DNA of 64,000 bases from Octopus vulgaris (Eukaryota), in NCBI GenBank assembly GCA_951406725.2, contig OX597821.1:17360001-17424000 (forward strand), given 5' to 3'. The notes beneath the pieces were generated by a model, which saw only the letters and a program-made list of their open reading frames with translations, was not told the DNA's origin and did not search any database. The translations under genes and the position numbers were made by a program. The stretch's first letter is position 1, and the number at the start of each line of letters is the position of its first letter. Below, piece by piece: positions 47,948 through 62,235 of the stretch.

Positions 47948-49120
47948 TGTTTCTTTATTAGCCACACAGGGCTGCACACAGATAGAACAAATTACAAGGT
48001 AGAGCTTTTCTTTTGAATGTTTAAAAAAAAAAAAAAAAAAAAAAAAAGGTAAGGGGGAGTTTCGATCAAAAGGGATCGTAAAAGGAGAGAAGGAGGACAA
48101 AAAAAGGGGGTTAAAAAAAGGGGGAGAGGAAGAAAAAAAAAAAAAAAAAAATTGATCAATAGGGATCGTTATCACAGAAATGTCAATATGAAGTGTAAAG
48201 GGGAGGACAGGTGAGGTTTACCCGTGGAAAGAAAAGCCTACGGAAAAGACCACGGTAACCTCGGTCAATGAAGTCACATTTTATATTTCTTTTTTTTTTT
48301 TTTTTTTGCAAATAAGCAACTCTCTGTTTTCGATTTCTGGGTTCATAGGACTATGCTCAAGGTGGCTTCGTCATTCATACGTGCCATTCTTGCTACATTC
48401 ACCCATCTTTTTTTAAAACATTCGCTAGACAAAACTTGCCTCTCTACTCTCACTTTCCTTTTCAAGTGGTACTTGAAGAAGTTGATGAGAGATTGACCAG
48501 AGAGGAAAGTGTTTGTCTCCAATCCTTTCAGACGCGTCCACCAGATACATTCTTTCGCCATAGCCACAAGGATGATGAAAATAGCTCTTCCTTCCCGTTT
48601 GAAGGAAGGAGGCGTGACAATATTGACGATAGACTCAGCTGATAAACCGACTCGTCCCACACGTGACAGCAGTTGTTCGACATAAGCCCACAGGTCGGAA
48701 ATTGTTGGACACTGAACGAGTGCGTGCAGAACGGTTTCGTCGCTCTGACCGCATCTCGGGCAGGTCGGCCCCGTGTTTCTCGAGCCGTGTCTGTAGAGCT
48801 TATCCCGAACGGGTAGCGCTTCTCGGTAGCACTGCCAGGCCAGGGATCTCTGGAAGTTGTCCATGGGCCCTGGCCCGAAAGTCGTCCTGAACAGGCGGGT
48901 CAGGTACTCCTCGTCGACGTCCAGGTTCGCCCCGAGCTCGTCGTCGTACCTCCCCTCCACTAAACCCCTATAGAATGCTTTGGTTGTGTTGAAGTCACTT
49001 AAGGTCGACCCAGGACGGCAGAGTTGCTTGAGAGCAACGCGACACTCGCGGTGCCATTCGCCCTTCCTCGGCCTCTTTTTGATCCACGACTGCAGTTCGG
49101 TCATGGAGACGAGCTGCGGG
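47948..49120 (-). mobile_element. Tx1-type LINE subfamily 2, 5'-truncated copy (~1.17 kb)
   Basis: Open frame PQLVSMTELQSW...CPRCGQSDETVLHALVQC...ATLSIVL* (stop 48343); near-identical to 46650-47532. Confidence 0.93.
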
Positions 49121-49557
<437 letters not shown>

Positions 49558-49653
49558 TACATGTGTGTGTGTGCGCGCGCGTGTGTTTTCACCGTGACCA
49601 AGACAACAGCCACTGAGGATTATGTCCAGGTGAAGAAATATTGTCAGTAATCG

Positions 49654-49735
49654 CTTTGAGACCGCAACCCGTTCACTGACAAAATTCCGTGCTGCGTCAG
49701 TGAACTTTGTCAGTGAACAGGTTGCGGTCTCAAAG
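49654..49735. repeat. Hairpin with ~34-bp arms
   Basis: ctttgagaccgcaacccgttcactgacaaaattc / gaactttgtcagtgaacaggttgcggtctcaaag. Confidence 0.85.
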
Positions 49736-50563
49736 AGACGAAAATATTTCGACAAATTAAATTTAGATGTTGAAGTGAATCGAACGGATTTTGTGTTTCT
49801 TAAATGGCTTATAAACACCTTCCACGCTGCAATTGTTAACGTTCATACATTTATCTGTTAAATGGGGATAATACTACTGCTTGGTCACTTGGCACTGCAC
49901 TAGTACAGAAAATATCTCTACATTTTCGTTAAAACGTAACACTTTAAATTAATGGAAATCCAGATGATATTTCTAAGGTCAAAAAAGTATACAAAGGCTT
50001 CCATTTTGGTACTAAAATAAAAGAAGAAAACGAAGGTAGAAGAAAGTTAATGTATCTTGTGACAACTAAACTAATAAATGAAATAATATTTTTTTTATGT
50101 ATATTTCATTTTATTTATATTTTGTTTCATTCATTGGTGATAGTTATTTGGCATTCGTTTCTCTAACTGATCGAATGGCTATGGAATGGCACTGAAAGAT
50201 TTGTTATTACGTCAATAGGTTTCAGAATGTAGTATCACAAAAGCTGACAAAATTGTCTGTTAAGATTGTTTATTAAAATTCATTGATCATTTAATATGCC
50301 AATAAGATCTGATTTGTTTTTTATCCTTATATGTTCTTCTATTTTCTTTACATTTTAAATGAATCGTTATATTTCACTGACATCGAGAGAATCTCTTCAA
50401 TATCTTTATTATTTTACACATAAATATGGAATGAAATATGGAATCAAAATCGATGAGCTATTTCTGTATGTGTGTATCAAGTGTCTGCATCCCAGTATAG
50501 AGATGTACGTATGTATTTTATATGTTTATGTATCACTAGATATGTAATATATATTCTTCTATT

Positions 50564-50718
50564 CGTTTACTTGTTTCAGTAATTTGACTGCGTCCATGCT
50601 GGAGCACCGCCTTCAGTCCAACAAATCGAGCACAGTACTTATTCTATCGATCTCATTTGCTGGACCGCTATGTTACGGTTGTCAAGCGATGGTGCGGAGA
50701 CAAACACAGACACACGAC

Positions 50719-50761
<43 letters not shown>

Positions 50762-50925
50762 GACGGTCTTTTTTCAGTTTCCTTCTACCAAATCCACTCA
50801 CAAGGCTTTAATTGACCCGAGGCTATAGTAGAAGACACTTGGCCAAGTTGCCACGCAGTAGGACTGAGCTTGGAACCATATGGTGGGTAAGCAACCTACT
50901 TACCACACAACCACGCCTTCACCTA
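50564..50925 (-). mobile_element. Family C SINE, degenerate
   Basis: Reverse complement aligns to 18623-19084. Confidence 0.85.
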
Positions 50926-50950
50926 TATATATATATCAAAATACACACAG

Positions 50951-50983
<33 letters not shown>

Positions 50984-51025
50984 CTATATATACATATATA
51001 TATATACATATATATACATATATAC

Positions 51026-51074
<49 letters not shown>

Positions 51075-51193
51075 CATTTAACATATTATTTGTATATTTA
51101 TGTGTATGTGTGCGTGCGTGCGTGTGCGCACGAGTACTCACACACACTTATACTTGTGTACATACATTAATTCGTGTGTGCATGTGCAGTTCG

Positions 51194-51247
<54 letters not shown>

Positions 51248-51313
51248 ACTATCTATCTATATCTATAGATATATATCTGTAAATGTTATATGTGACAATT
51301 ATTCGGTAGCCAT

Positions 51314-51374
51314 GATAAAACTCCGAGTTTCGGATGCCGAGGTGGAAATCCACGCCGCCATATCTTCAGTTATC
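51314..51374 (-). ncRNA. Type I hammerhead ribozyme motif (minus-strand copy)
   Basis: gataa-CUGAAGA-...gtgg attt ccac...cggcatcc-GAAA-ctcggag-UU-ttatc. Confidence 0.65.
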
Positions 51375-51415
51375 TGGCCATCGGAAAAATGCTATCCGAT
51401 GTTATACTATGGCCG

Positions 51416-51475
51416 GATAACTGAAGATATGGCGGCGTAGATTTCCAGACGGCATCCGAAACTCGGAGTTTTATC
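51416..51475 (+). ncRNA. Type I hammerhead ribozyme motif (plus-strand copy)
   Basis: gataa-CUGAAGA-tatggcggcg...cggcatcc-GAAA-ctcggag-UU-ttatc; stem I gataa/ttatc. Confidence 0.65.
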
Positions 51476-51577
51476 TTGGCTACCGAATAATTGTCACATG
51501 TTACATTTACAGATAAATTACTCTATTTACATAATATCGAGGTCTCTTTCTTTCTTTTGTTGTCTTACCGTTCTTAT

Positions 51578-51630
<53 letters not shown>

Positions 51631-51869
51631 TATATATTTGTGCTTCTGTGTGTGTATAGTTTTGTATGTCATGTGCGCGCGTGTGTGTGTGCTTATCTGT
51701 GTATATAGACAAGCATGATTAATTATAACATATGTATATACATATGTGCGTGTGTGCGCGTCTATACATATATGCATGTACTCACACACAAATTCACGTG
51801 CGTTGTGTACATGTATACATGCATGTGTGTGAGTATGTGTGTGTGTACGTGTGTGCGCATGTATGTGTG

Positions 51870-51972
<103 letters not shown>

Positions 51973-52189
51973 GATATGTACGTATGCATGCTTGAAAGTA
52001 TATATGTGGAAATGAGTAACACTTTGATATATTTCGATTTATGTTTAAAGGATATGTATAATTTCAAATTTTCTTTATCGTTCAATCTATCTTTGTCCAT
52101 TATTCTTGACGTTCAGTTTCTTGTAACATCGCTCTCTATCTTTTCCCCATTCTCTTTCTTTCTCTTTCGCTCTCACAATCTCACTTTTT

Positions 52190-52466
52190 GTATGTATGTA
52201 TGCATGTATGCATGTATGTATGTATATATGTATGTATGTATGTATGTATGTACGTACGTACGTATGTATGTATGTATGTATGTATGTATGTACGTATGTA
52301 CGTATGTATGTATGTATGTACGTACGTATGTATGTATGTATGTATGTATGTACGTATGTACGTATGTACGTATGTATGTATGTATGTATGTATGTATGTA
52401 TGTATGTATGTATGTATGTACGTACGTATGTATGTATGTATGTATGTATGTATGAATGTATGTATG

Positions 52467-52500
<34 letters not shown>

Positions 52501-52502
52501 TG

Positions 52503-52536
<34 letters not shown>

Positions 52537-52578
52537 TGTATGTATATATGTATATATGTATGAATGTATGTATGTATG

Positions 52579-52610
<32 letters not shown>

Positions 52611-52716
52611 CATGTATGTATGTATGTATGTATGTATGCATGTGTGTATGTATGTATGTATGTATGTATGTATGTATGTATGTATGTATGTATGTATGTA
52701 TGTATGCATGTATGTA
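52190..52716. repeat. (TATG)n microsatellite with TACG variants
   Basis: Direct reading. Confidence 0.95.
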
Positions 52717-53056
52717 TCTTCGAGATTAGAATAAATTCTACCGAATATAGAGATCTCAACAACTGTAAGATGTGGAAAGTTTATACTTTATGTAAATGTT
52801 TTCCACCGCAAAAGTAATGTCGCGATCAAATTTAAATTATATACATACAAGCATATATGAATCTATATATGTATGTATGAATGTATATATGTATGTATGG
52901 ATGGATGGTTGGATGGATGTGCTTATATGTGAGTATGTGTATATAATTACTTATATGCATATTTGCATAATATACATTTGTGAATATATGCCCATGTATA
53001 TATATGATATAAATGCATATGTATATATCTATACATATGTATGTCCATATATATAT

Positions 53057-53145
<89 letters not shown>

Positions 53146-53357
53146 GTGCTGCTGTTGCTATTCCAACTATTACTACTATTGCTATTACTAATACTACTGC
53201 TGCTGCTGCAGCTACTACTACTACTACTACTACTACTACTAGTGCTACTACTTCTACTATTACTACTTCAAGTATTACAATTATTATTAACACTACACAA
53301 CATTAACAAAGGATTCTTACGAGCCAACGAGAACTTCCGTAAGTGTGAGAGAGACAG

Positions 53358-53383
53358 ACATACAGGCATACAAACATTCCGGC

Positions 53384-53414
<31 letters not shown>

Positions 53415-53475
53415 CATACATACATACATGCATGCATACATGCATACATACATACAGGCATACAAACATTCCGGC

Positions 53476-53506
<31 letters not shown>

Positions 53507-53563
53507 CATACATACATACATACATACATGCATACATACATACAGGCATACAAACATTCCGGC

Positions 53564-53594
<31 letters not shown>

Positions 53595-53833
53595 CATACA
53601 TACATACATACATACATACATACATACATACATACATACATACATACATACATACATACATACATACATACATACATACAAACATTCCGGCTTACATACA
53701 CATACATACATACATGCATGCATACATACATACATACATACATACATACATTCATGCATACATACATACATACATACATACATACATGCATGCATACATA
53801 CATACATACATACAGGCATACAAACATTCCGGC

Positions 53834-53864
<31 letters not shown>

Positions 53865-53993
53865 CATACATACATACATGCATACATACATACATACAGG
53901 CATACAAACATTCCGGCTTACATACATACATACATACATACATACATGCATGCATACATACATACATACATACAGGCATACAAACATTCCGGC

Positions 53994-54024
<31 letters not shown>

Positions 54025-54401
54025 CATACATACATACATACATACATACATACATACATACATGCATACATACATACATACATACATACATGCATACATA
54101 CATACATACATACATACATACATACATACATACATACATACATACATGCATACATACATACATACATACATACATACATACATACATGCATACATACATA
54201 CATACATACATGCATGCATACATACATACATACATACATACATGCATATATACATACATACATACATACATACATACATGCATGCATACATACATACATA
54301 CATGCATGCATACATACATACATGCATGCATACATACATACATACATACATACATACATACATACATACATACATACATACATACATACATACATACATA
54401 C
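53358..54401. repeat. (TACA)n array with an interspersed 24-bp unit caggcatacaaacattccggctta (7 copies, one partial)
   Basis: Units at ~53363, 53455, 53543, 53680 (partial), 53813, 53897, 53973. Confidence 0.92.
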
Positions 54402-54499
54402 AAGAGATATACATATTGTTTCAACCGGTGGTACACCTATGAAGTTCTAGTGAGCTAGCTTTCTGTATTTGCGTTGATTTGTGAATATATAATTGCATT

Positions 54500-55190
54500 C
54501 GAGTGAGTTTGAGGACAGCGAAGTTCAAAATTGGAAAAGGAGTTCGTCAGGGCTGTATTCTTTCTCCATACTTGTTCAACACCTACACTCAGTCTCTAAT
54601 GCTAAATGCAACACAAGAAGAAGATGGCACCAAAATACAAAGCTTGCAAATTTCTTATCTAATTATGCAAACGAGACTGATCCACTTGCCACGACTGAAA
54701 CCGAACTAAAAGAAATGATAAACAGGGTTGAGACGCTATCAAATATTCATGGTCTTTATTTCCACTATAAGAAAAGAAGAAGTCATGGTTGTAGAAGAAA
54801 ATAAAGTAAATGTTAACATCAAACTAGATAGTGAAAGACTTGAATAGGTTCAATTGTACCCAAATTTGGATCCCAAATCTCTGATGAAACCTTGTGTAAG
54901 TCAGAAATTAAGACAAGAACGTCCTTGGTGAAGCTTAATAATGACTAGAGCAGCAAAAATGTCCCGACTAAGTTAAAAACAAGGTTAGTGCGAGCGTTCA
55001 TTTAACCAATAGGCATCTATGGTTGCGAAACATGAACTCTGAATACATTTTAAGAGAATATAATCATTGTATTTGAAATGTTGGTGTCTCGGAGAATGTT
55101 ACGAGTCTCTTACAAGGACCATCGGACAAATGAATGGGTGTTCGAACAAGTAAGAATGGTCAACACCCGAATATTGTGAAAAAATAAAAG
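54500..55190 (+). pseudogene. Decayed RTE-type LINE reverse transcriptase fragment
   Basis: FKIGKGVRQGCILSPYLFN; degenerate YADD (YANE); GIYGCET*TL; RMLRVSYKDHRTNEWV. Confidence 0.8.
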
Positions 55191-55204
55191 CTCATCTTTT
55201 GATG

Positions 55205-55482
55205 TGGGAAGGAGGGGGGAGGAAGGGGGAGGAGGGGGAGAGGAAGGTGGAGGAGGGGAGGAGGAAGAAAAGGAAATAGTAGAGGAAATGGAGAAGGAGG
55301 AGGAATATTAGAGGAAGGGAAGGCAAAATGAAGAGACATAGAAGAAAACGAGGCGGAAGAGAAGGAAGAGAAAGGGGTGATTGTTGTTGTTGTTGTTGTT
55401 GTAGTAGTAGTAGGAGGAGGAGGAGGAGGAGGAGGAGGAGAAGGAGAAGGAGAAGGAGAAGAAGAAGAAGAAGAAGAAGAAG
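55205..55482. repeat. Purine-rich low-complexity / compound trinucleotide repeat
   Basis: Direct reading. Confidence 0.9.
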
Positions 55483-56261
55483 TGAAAGGGTTGGTGTGTA
55501 GACTGAGCTTGTGTTGATGACGGTGGTCTTAGCAGAGAAAGAATTGGGAAGATGACAAAGCTTAGGATGACTGACAATGTCGCTTTGAATGCCAAAGTCT
55601 AAAGGCAATTCATTATTGTTTTATATTGTTTTATATTGTTTTATATTGTTTTGCGTTGTTCTCTTGAAATTAATTAAATTAAAATAGAAGAAAAATAGCA
55701 CTCATCTTTAGACTGAATATTTTCCATGATTTCCTGAGTAGCAAAGTGTCATATTAGTTTAAGCTGAGTTTGATCTCGTCTAGTGTCATTATGACGAAAT
55801 ACGACAAAACGAAGGGAGAGAAAAAGCAAGGAAAAGCGGTAGAAAATAAAAGAAAAATGCGCAAAACAACATGGCTTCGATCGTGGTGTAAATAAATTTA
55901 TTTTATTTCCTGTCATAAATTTAATGCTATTTTTGGTTTTGTATTTTTATATTTTAATTTTCTAAATATTTTCTTCCCTATCTTATCCTGGATTAGCTTT
56001 CTACTTTCTGCGCTTTGTACTGTCAACATAACAATAGCTGAAAATACAATTTTTTAAAGTTTGTTTTACTTATGTGTTTTTGTGTGTTTATTTTATGGCT
56101 TTGCTTGTATTCTTTTTTTTATTCAGAATTTTGTTCGATCGAAATCATTCATTTTCTTTATAAATACATGTACGTGTGTATGTAAGCAAGTATATGTGCA
56201 TATATGTGTATATGTGTGTATGTACATACATACAATGTATGCATGTTTGTATGCATGTTTG

Positions 56262-56293
<32 letters not shown>

Positions 56294-56345
56294 TGTATGC
56301 ATGTATGTAGGTAGGTAGGTAGGTATGAATGCATATATATGTGTG

Positions 56346-56394
<49 letters not shown>

Positions 56395-57309
56395 TCACAT
56401 ACATATATATATGGTATGTGTACGTTCATATATATGGTATGTGTATGTGCATTTGCGTGTACGCTTGTATATAAGTGTTTGTGTGTTTTTGTGTGTGTGT
56501 GTGTGTGTGTTTATCAGTGTTGATTTTGTAATGAAACAAATGGCATTCATGAGAAACCGTCAGAAGTTTTGCGTCATAAAGCTATCAAATTCCTCAAATC
56601 AATATTTTCGCAGTCTTTCTCTTATTTTGCCAAGTGTTTCCGATGTTGTGTCACATCAAATCGTGGTCAGAAACAGTTTTAAAATTAAATCTTTTCACAT
56701 CGTGAATGGCGGGGGGGGGGGCGAAAAGAAGTGTAAACATAGAAATATACAAATACATTGAATTAATTTTAGAAAACAACAAAATATAAAGAAATATTAG
56801 CATTTCAATATTGTTTATTTTCTCACTTAAAACTTACACACACATACACGCGTGCATGCCTTTCCCACACATTTCAAATACAGGTACACATATATGCTTC
56901 ACGAACACATTTCACATGCATAGATACTCCTCTTTTTTTCTTTCTTTCTTATCTACACATATGCATCGTATACGCCATATACGTCGTGTACACGCAGCTT
57001 ACACACATGTACTTCAAAGAAGCTTATGCGTCGACGTTTAACCTGTTGGAAATACCTACTAAATACCTTTCAAAATCCTTTCAGCATACCTACGCGAGTG
57101 TGCCCTCACCCATGACTTCGTTTTCTCATATCATAACTTTCAGAAAATTGATATATTTAAATGAAATTTTCTACAACTGCTTTTCAGATAGTGAAGATAC
57201 CAATTGTATCCGAATTTAACGTAAATAAAACAGAATCGGTGGACAATCACACGTATATATTGATTGATACATCACATCCTTTTTTTCAAAATCAAGTTTC
57301 ATTTTGTAG

Positions 57310-57394
<85 letters not shown>

Positions 57395-57781
57395 GCGCAA
57401 CCACCAATTTTCTTTTTGTGTTTTTGGGGGGTTATTCTTTTCATATTAAATTCGATATAATCGTAATCCTAATCTGCATCATTTGAAAGGCATTTAAAGA
57501 AAATTTCATGAGAATATTCATTTCTCTGAAAGTTATGAGCAAACAAATTTGATTCGTGTGAGTGTTACATCAATAACCATTTTACAAGTTCTTCTGTGTC
57601 AGATTGACTCTTATGAATGAAGGGCTCTCAAAATTGCATTTAGTTTTCAGATAGGATAGCTTCCCCTCCCAGGGGCACGACATAGAAAAGGGCTATAAGA
57701 ACATAAACGACACTCAAATTCTTTTTTTCTTTTTCACATACATACAAACATACATACATTACATGTATGTACATATACACA

Positions 57782-58140
57782 TAGGCGTAGGAGTGGCTGT
57801 GTGGTAAGTAGCTTGCTTACCAGCCACCTGGTTCCGGGTTCAGTCTCACTGCGTCTTCTACTATAGCCTTGGGTCGACCAAAGCCTTGTGAGTGGATTTG
57901 GTAGACGGAAACTGAAAGAAGCCCGTTGTAGATATGTATATATATATATATGTTTGTGTGTCTGTGTTTGTCCCCCCAACATCGCTTGACAACCGATGTT
58001 GGTGTGTTTACGTCCCCGTAAAGAGACCGATAGAATAAGTACTGGGCTTACAAAGTCCTGGGCCGATATGCTCGACTAAAGGCGGTGCTCCAGCATGGCC
58101 ACAGTCAAATGACTGAAACAAGTATAAGAGTAAAAGAGTA
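57782..58140 (+). mobile_element. Family C SINE
   Basis: Aligns to 18623-19084 with small deletions. Confidence 0.9.
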
Positions 58141-58373
58141 ATATTAAATTCGATATAACCGCAACCTTAATCACCGCCATCAGAAAGGTATTTGAAGAAA
58201 ACTTTATTCAAAAATATCCATTATCCTGAAAGTTCTTAGGAAACAAATTTGACTCATGTGAATTATACGAAACTCATCTTCTTAACCCTACCGAAATTTT
58301 TTCACAGTAAATTCCTTTATAATCGTAATATACACAATCTGAAAGATATTTATAAAAAAAATTCACTATATAA

Positions 58374-58724
58374 TAGGCGCAGGAGTGGCTGTGTGGTAAG
58401 TAGCTTGCTAACCAACCACATGGTTCCGGGTTCAGTCCCACTGCGTGGCATCTTGAGCAAGTGTCTTCTGCTATAGCCCCGAGCCGACGGAAACTGAAAG
58501 AAGCCTGTCGTATATATGTATATATATATATATGTGTGTGTGTGGTGTGTATGTGTTTGTCTGTCTGTGTTTGTCCCCCTAGCATTGCGGTTCGGCAAAA
58601 GAGACAGATAGAATGAGTACTGGGCTTACAAAGAATAAGTCCCGGGGCCGATTTTCTCGACTAAAAGGCGGTGCTCCAGCATGGCCGCAGTCAAATGACT
58701 GAAACAAGTAAAAGAGTAAAAGAG
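58374..58724 (+). mobile_element. Family C SINE
   Basis: Aligns to 18623-19084 with deletions. Confidence 0.9.
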
Positions 58725-58799
58725 AATAATATCCATTTTCTGAAAGTTAAAAACTAGGCAGGGATAAAGCTCATTTTCGAGTCATATAGATACATAGGG

Positions 58800-59003
58800 A
58801 TTTGTGATGTATATGCTCCCCACCCCTGTTTTCGGGATGCCGTTCCGTCGAACGAATACTCATTTTTGTCAGCTAAATGGACTAGAACAACGTGAAATGA
58901 AGTGCTTTGCTCAAGAATACAACGTATCACCCAGTCTAGGAATCGAAACCACAATCCTACGAAGATGAGTCCAACACCCTAACCACTAAGCCACACGCCT
59001 TCA
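58800..59003 (-). mobile_element. Family B/D-related SINE
   Basis: Reverse complement gaaggcgtgtggcttagtggttagggtgttggactc...gtttcgattcct. Confidence 0.75.
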
Positions 59004-59389
59004 TTTGTTCTGAAAGTTATTAGGACGCAAAAACCGCTAGCTGGACAGTTGTGCAGGTATGATCTCCTACTCTACCGCATAAGCAAAGGTGGGTCAAAAT
59101 GCACCTGCGATTAAATACACAAAATGAATGGATGATCATCACGGGAATATTCTGGAAGTAAGCAACAGCACAGGTCCACATTCTTTCAGTAATTACAACA
59201 AAATATATATCTTTCCCCTCTTTTTCATTCCTTTTCATGTACCTCATACACTTATTCCTTCTTTTTATCTCTCTCTCCTCTCTCGTGTTCACTCACACAT
59301 ATGCTTGCACATATATACACACACACATGCAGCTAACACACATTCTCCCTGATTCACACTTTTTTTCTCAGCCACACGCACATACACAG

Positions 59390-59430
<41 letters not shown>

Positions 59431-59667
59431 TACACACAAACAAGCATATGCACACACAGGCATATATACACATCACGCGTAATGACCCAATGATGAAATC
59501 TCTCTCTACTCAAATAATCTGCTAGAAGTAGCGACCAAATCTCTCTCAAATTACACTTCCACTTTGTTAATACAAAAAGGATACCTAACATAAATTACTC
59601 CCTGAAAAGAAAGAATGCTCATAGCTGGGACGCCTTTGGTTATTGATCTGGAATTAAACTACAACAA

Positions 59668-60022
59668 CGCAGGAGTGGCTGTGTGGTAAGTAGCGTGGCA
59701 TCTTGGGCAAGTGTCTTCTGCTATAGCCTCGGGTCGACCAATGCCTTGTGAGTGGATTTGGTAGACGGAAACTGAAAGAAGCCTGTCGTATATATGTATA
59801 TATATATGTATGTGTTTGTGTGTCTGTGTTTGTCCCCCTAGCATTGCTTGACAACTGATACTGGTGTGTTTACGTCCCCGTCACCTAGCGGTTCGGCAAA
59901 GAGAACGATAGAATAAGTACTGGGCTTACAAAGAATAAGTCCCAGGGTCGAGTTGCTCGATTAAAGGCGGTGGTCCAGCATGGCCGCAGTCAAATGACTG
60001 AAACAAGTAAAAGAGTAAAAGA
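59668..60022 (+). mobile_element. Family C SINE
   Basis: Aligns to 18623-19084; B-box region deleted. Confidence 0.9.
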
Positions 60023-60393
60023 GAGAGAGAGAGTGACCTCACATACAATGGGCTAACAAGAGTACCTCTATCGAGTTGCTAGAACTGGCAACGAAGTATC
60101 ATTCAAATCACATGCTACAGTTCTAAAATAGAAATATCTTATTGGCTAATGTGATCCTGATCATAGAACTGCCCAATCAGTTTTGGCCTTGGGTTAAGCA
60201 ACAATGAGCTGATACACAAGCACACTTACTCATTTTTTTTCTATCGTTCTTTCACGTGTGTGTCAAGTGGAAGACTGCTCGTGTTCGGGTACGACCATTT
60301 ATTAGGTATAGACAACAAATACATCTTAAAGTAAAACGTAGCCGCGAAGGCGACAGGTGAATCACGACCTCATCCACCTGTATTAATCTATCA

Positions 60394-60603
60394 TGGAGGT
60401 GTGTTGCTTAGAGGTTAGGGTGTCGGACTCGTGTTCGCAAGATTGTAGTTTCGATTCCTGGATCGAGCAACGCGTTCTGATCTTGAGCAAAACACTTCCT
60501 TTCGCTTTGCTCCAGTCCACTCAGCCGGTAAAAAAGGGTGATCCTACAACGGACCGGAATCCTGTCCAGGTGGGGAATATATACGCCATGAAGCCAAGAA
60601 ACT
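60394..60603 (+). mobile_element. Family B/D-related SINE
   Basis: ggaggtgtgttgcttagaggttagggtgtcggactc...gtttcgattcct; tail resembles 22190-22245. Confidence 0.75.
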
Positions 60604-60763
60604 GACAAAGAAACATATGAAACGTCATGACGCCAGAAGATAAGTTTACCTTTACCCAATTAACCTATTTTGAACCCTCATAAAACACGGATCTCCAGAA
60701 GTGATAATATTTCATCGTTGTATTCATATGTAAAACCCGGCTGTCACAACAACTTTAAAATAT

Positions 60764-60964
60764 CTTTTACTCTCTTTACTCTTTTACTTGTTTCAGTCAT
60801 TTGACTGCGGCCATGCTGGAGTACCGCCTTTAGTCGAGCAACTCGACCCCGGGACTTATTCTTTGTAAGCCCAGTACTTATTCTATCTGTCTCTTTTGCC
60901 GAACCGCAAAGTTACGGGGACGTAAACACACCAGCATCGGTTGTCAAGCAATGCTAGAGGGACA
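60764..60964 (-). mobile_element. 3' half of family C SINE
   Basis: Reverse complement matches 18880-19084. Confidence 0.9.
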
Positions 60965-61192
60965 AAAAAGATTCTGCGTATCAAACTGATTCTTGTGAAT
61001 GAAGAGTTCAGAAAACTGCATTTACTTTTCAGATAGAATATCTTATCTCAGTGGCAAAACATTGAATGGGACGATCAGGAAATGGACGATTTTCAGCTTT
61101 TAAATCGGGGTATTTTCCTTCTAAACAGATTTTTGACGAGAACTAGAGAATTCATCTCTCCTGATATCCCCTTGATACATACACACACACAA

Positions 61193-61234
<42 letters not shown>

Positions 61235-61419
61235 GCACGCACGCACACACCTACGCATACATCCCGCATACATGAAGCATTAAGGAATGTGAATCTGATT
61301 CAACCTGTTATTAAATACTTACAACTCCAAATGAGTCGAACGCTACTTACTTTCTATGATGCCATATGAACAAAGACCAAACTAAATTCCCTGCTCTCAG
61401 CTATATATATATAGGCTTA

Positions 61420-61782
61420 AAACAAAAAAGCCCTCAATGTTGGTTTCATTGTCCTATTTTTATTCTTTATGTGTACTGTATTTTTGTTTGTATTGCTTTT
61501 ACGTCCTGTTCTTGTCACTCTTTTTCTTTCCTTGTTTTACCCCTCTGCGAAAGAAGTTTATTTAATTCATTTTGCAGGAAGGACTGCTTCGGCCGGATCG
61601 TGTTCTCCCCTTACCTTCGAAACACGCATTGAGTCGAACCAGGGGCAGCTGATGAAGGGGAATATTCCTTGTATTGTTTGTCTTGTACTCTGTTTTCTCG
61701 TTGTTAAAAAAAGTCCATTTCCTAGTTTGTTTTTATGTTTTCGTTTCTCGTTGTGTTCTACGTTTATTTGTGGTGTCCTGTA

Positions 61783-61790
<8 letters not shown>
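61420..61790 (+). mobile_element. TA-flanked element related to 16231-16473, with hammerhead-like core fragments
   Basis: Terminus gtcctgtactcatata; cGAAAcacgcattgagTC...CUGAUGAagggg at 61610-61665. Confidence 0.45.
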
Positions 61791-61846
<56 letters not shown>

Positions 61847-61900
61847 GATGTATGTACGTACATATATGTATGTATGCATATATTTTATTTATTAAATTAT

Positions 61901-62052
<152 letters not shown>

Positions 62053-62203
62053 CAGATAGATAGATAGATTAGTGTGTGTCTGTATCTGTGTATGCATGTA
62101 CATACATATATGTACAAACGCACACACACACACACGTATATATATATATACATATACATATACATATATATATACATGCATATATATATGTGTGTGTGTG
62201 TGT

Positions 62204-62235
<32 letters not shown>

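Larger units (their letters stand above)
51274..51515. mobile_element. Inverted repeat (~108-bp arms), each arm carrying a hammerhead; PLE-like
   Basis: Arms are reverse complementary; spacer 51382-51408. Confidence 0.8.

Noticed and set aside
53358-54010. CRISPR array
   Set aside because: Spacers are TACA repeats, there are no cas genes, and the context is eukaryotic
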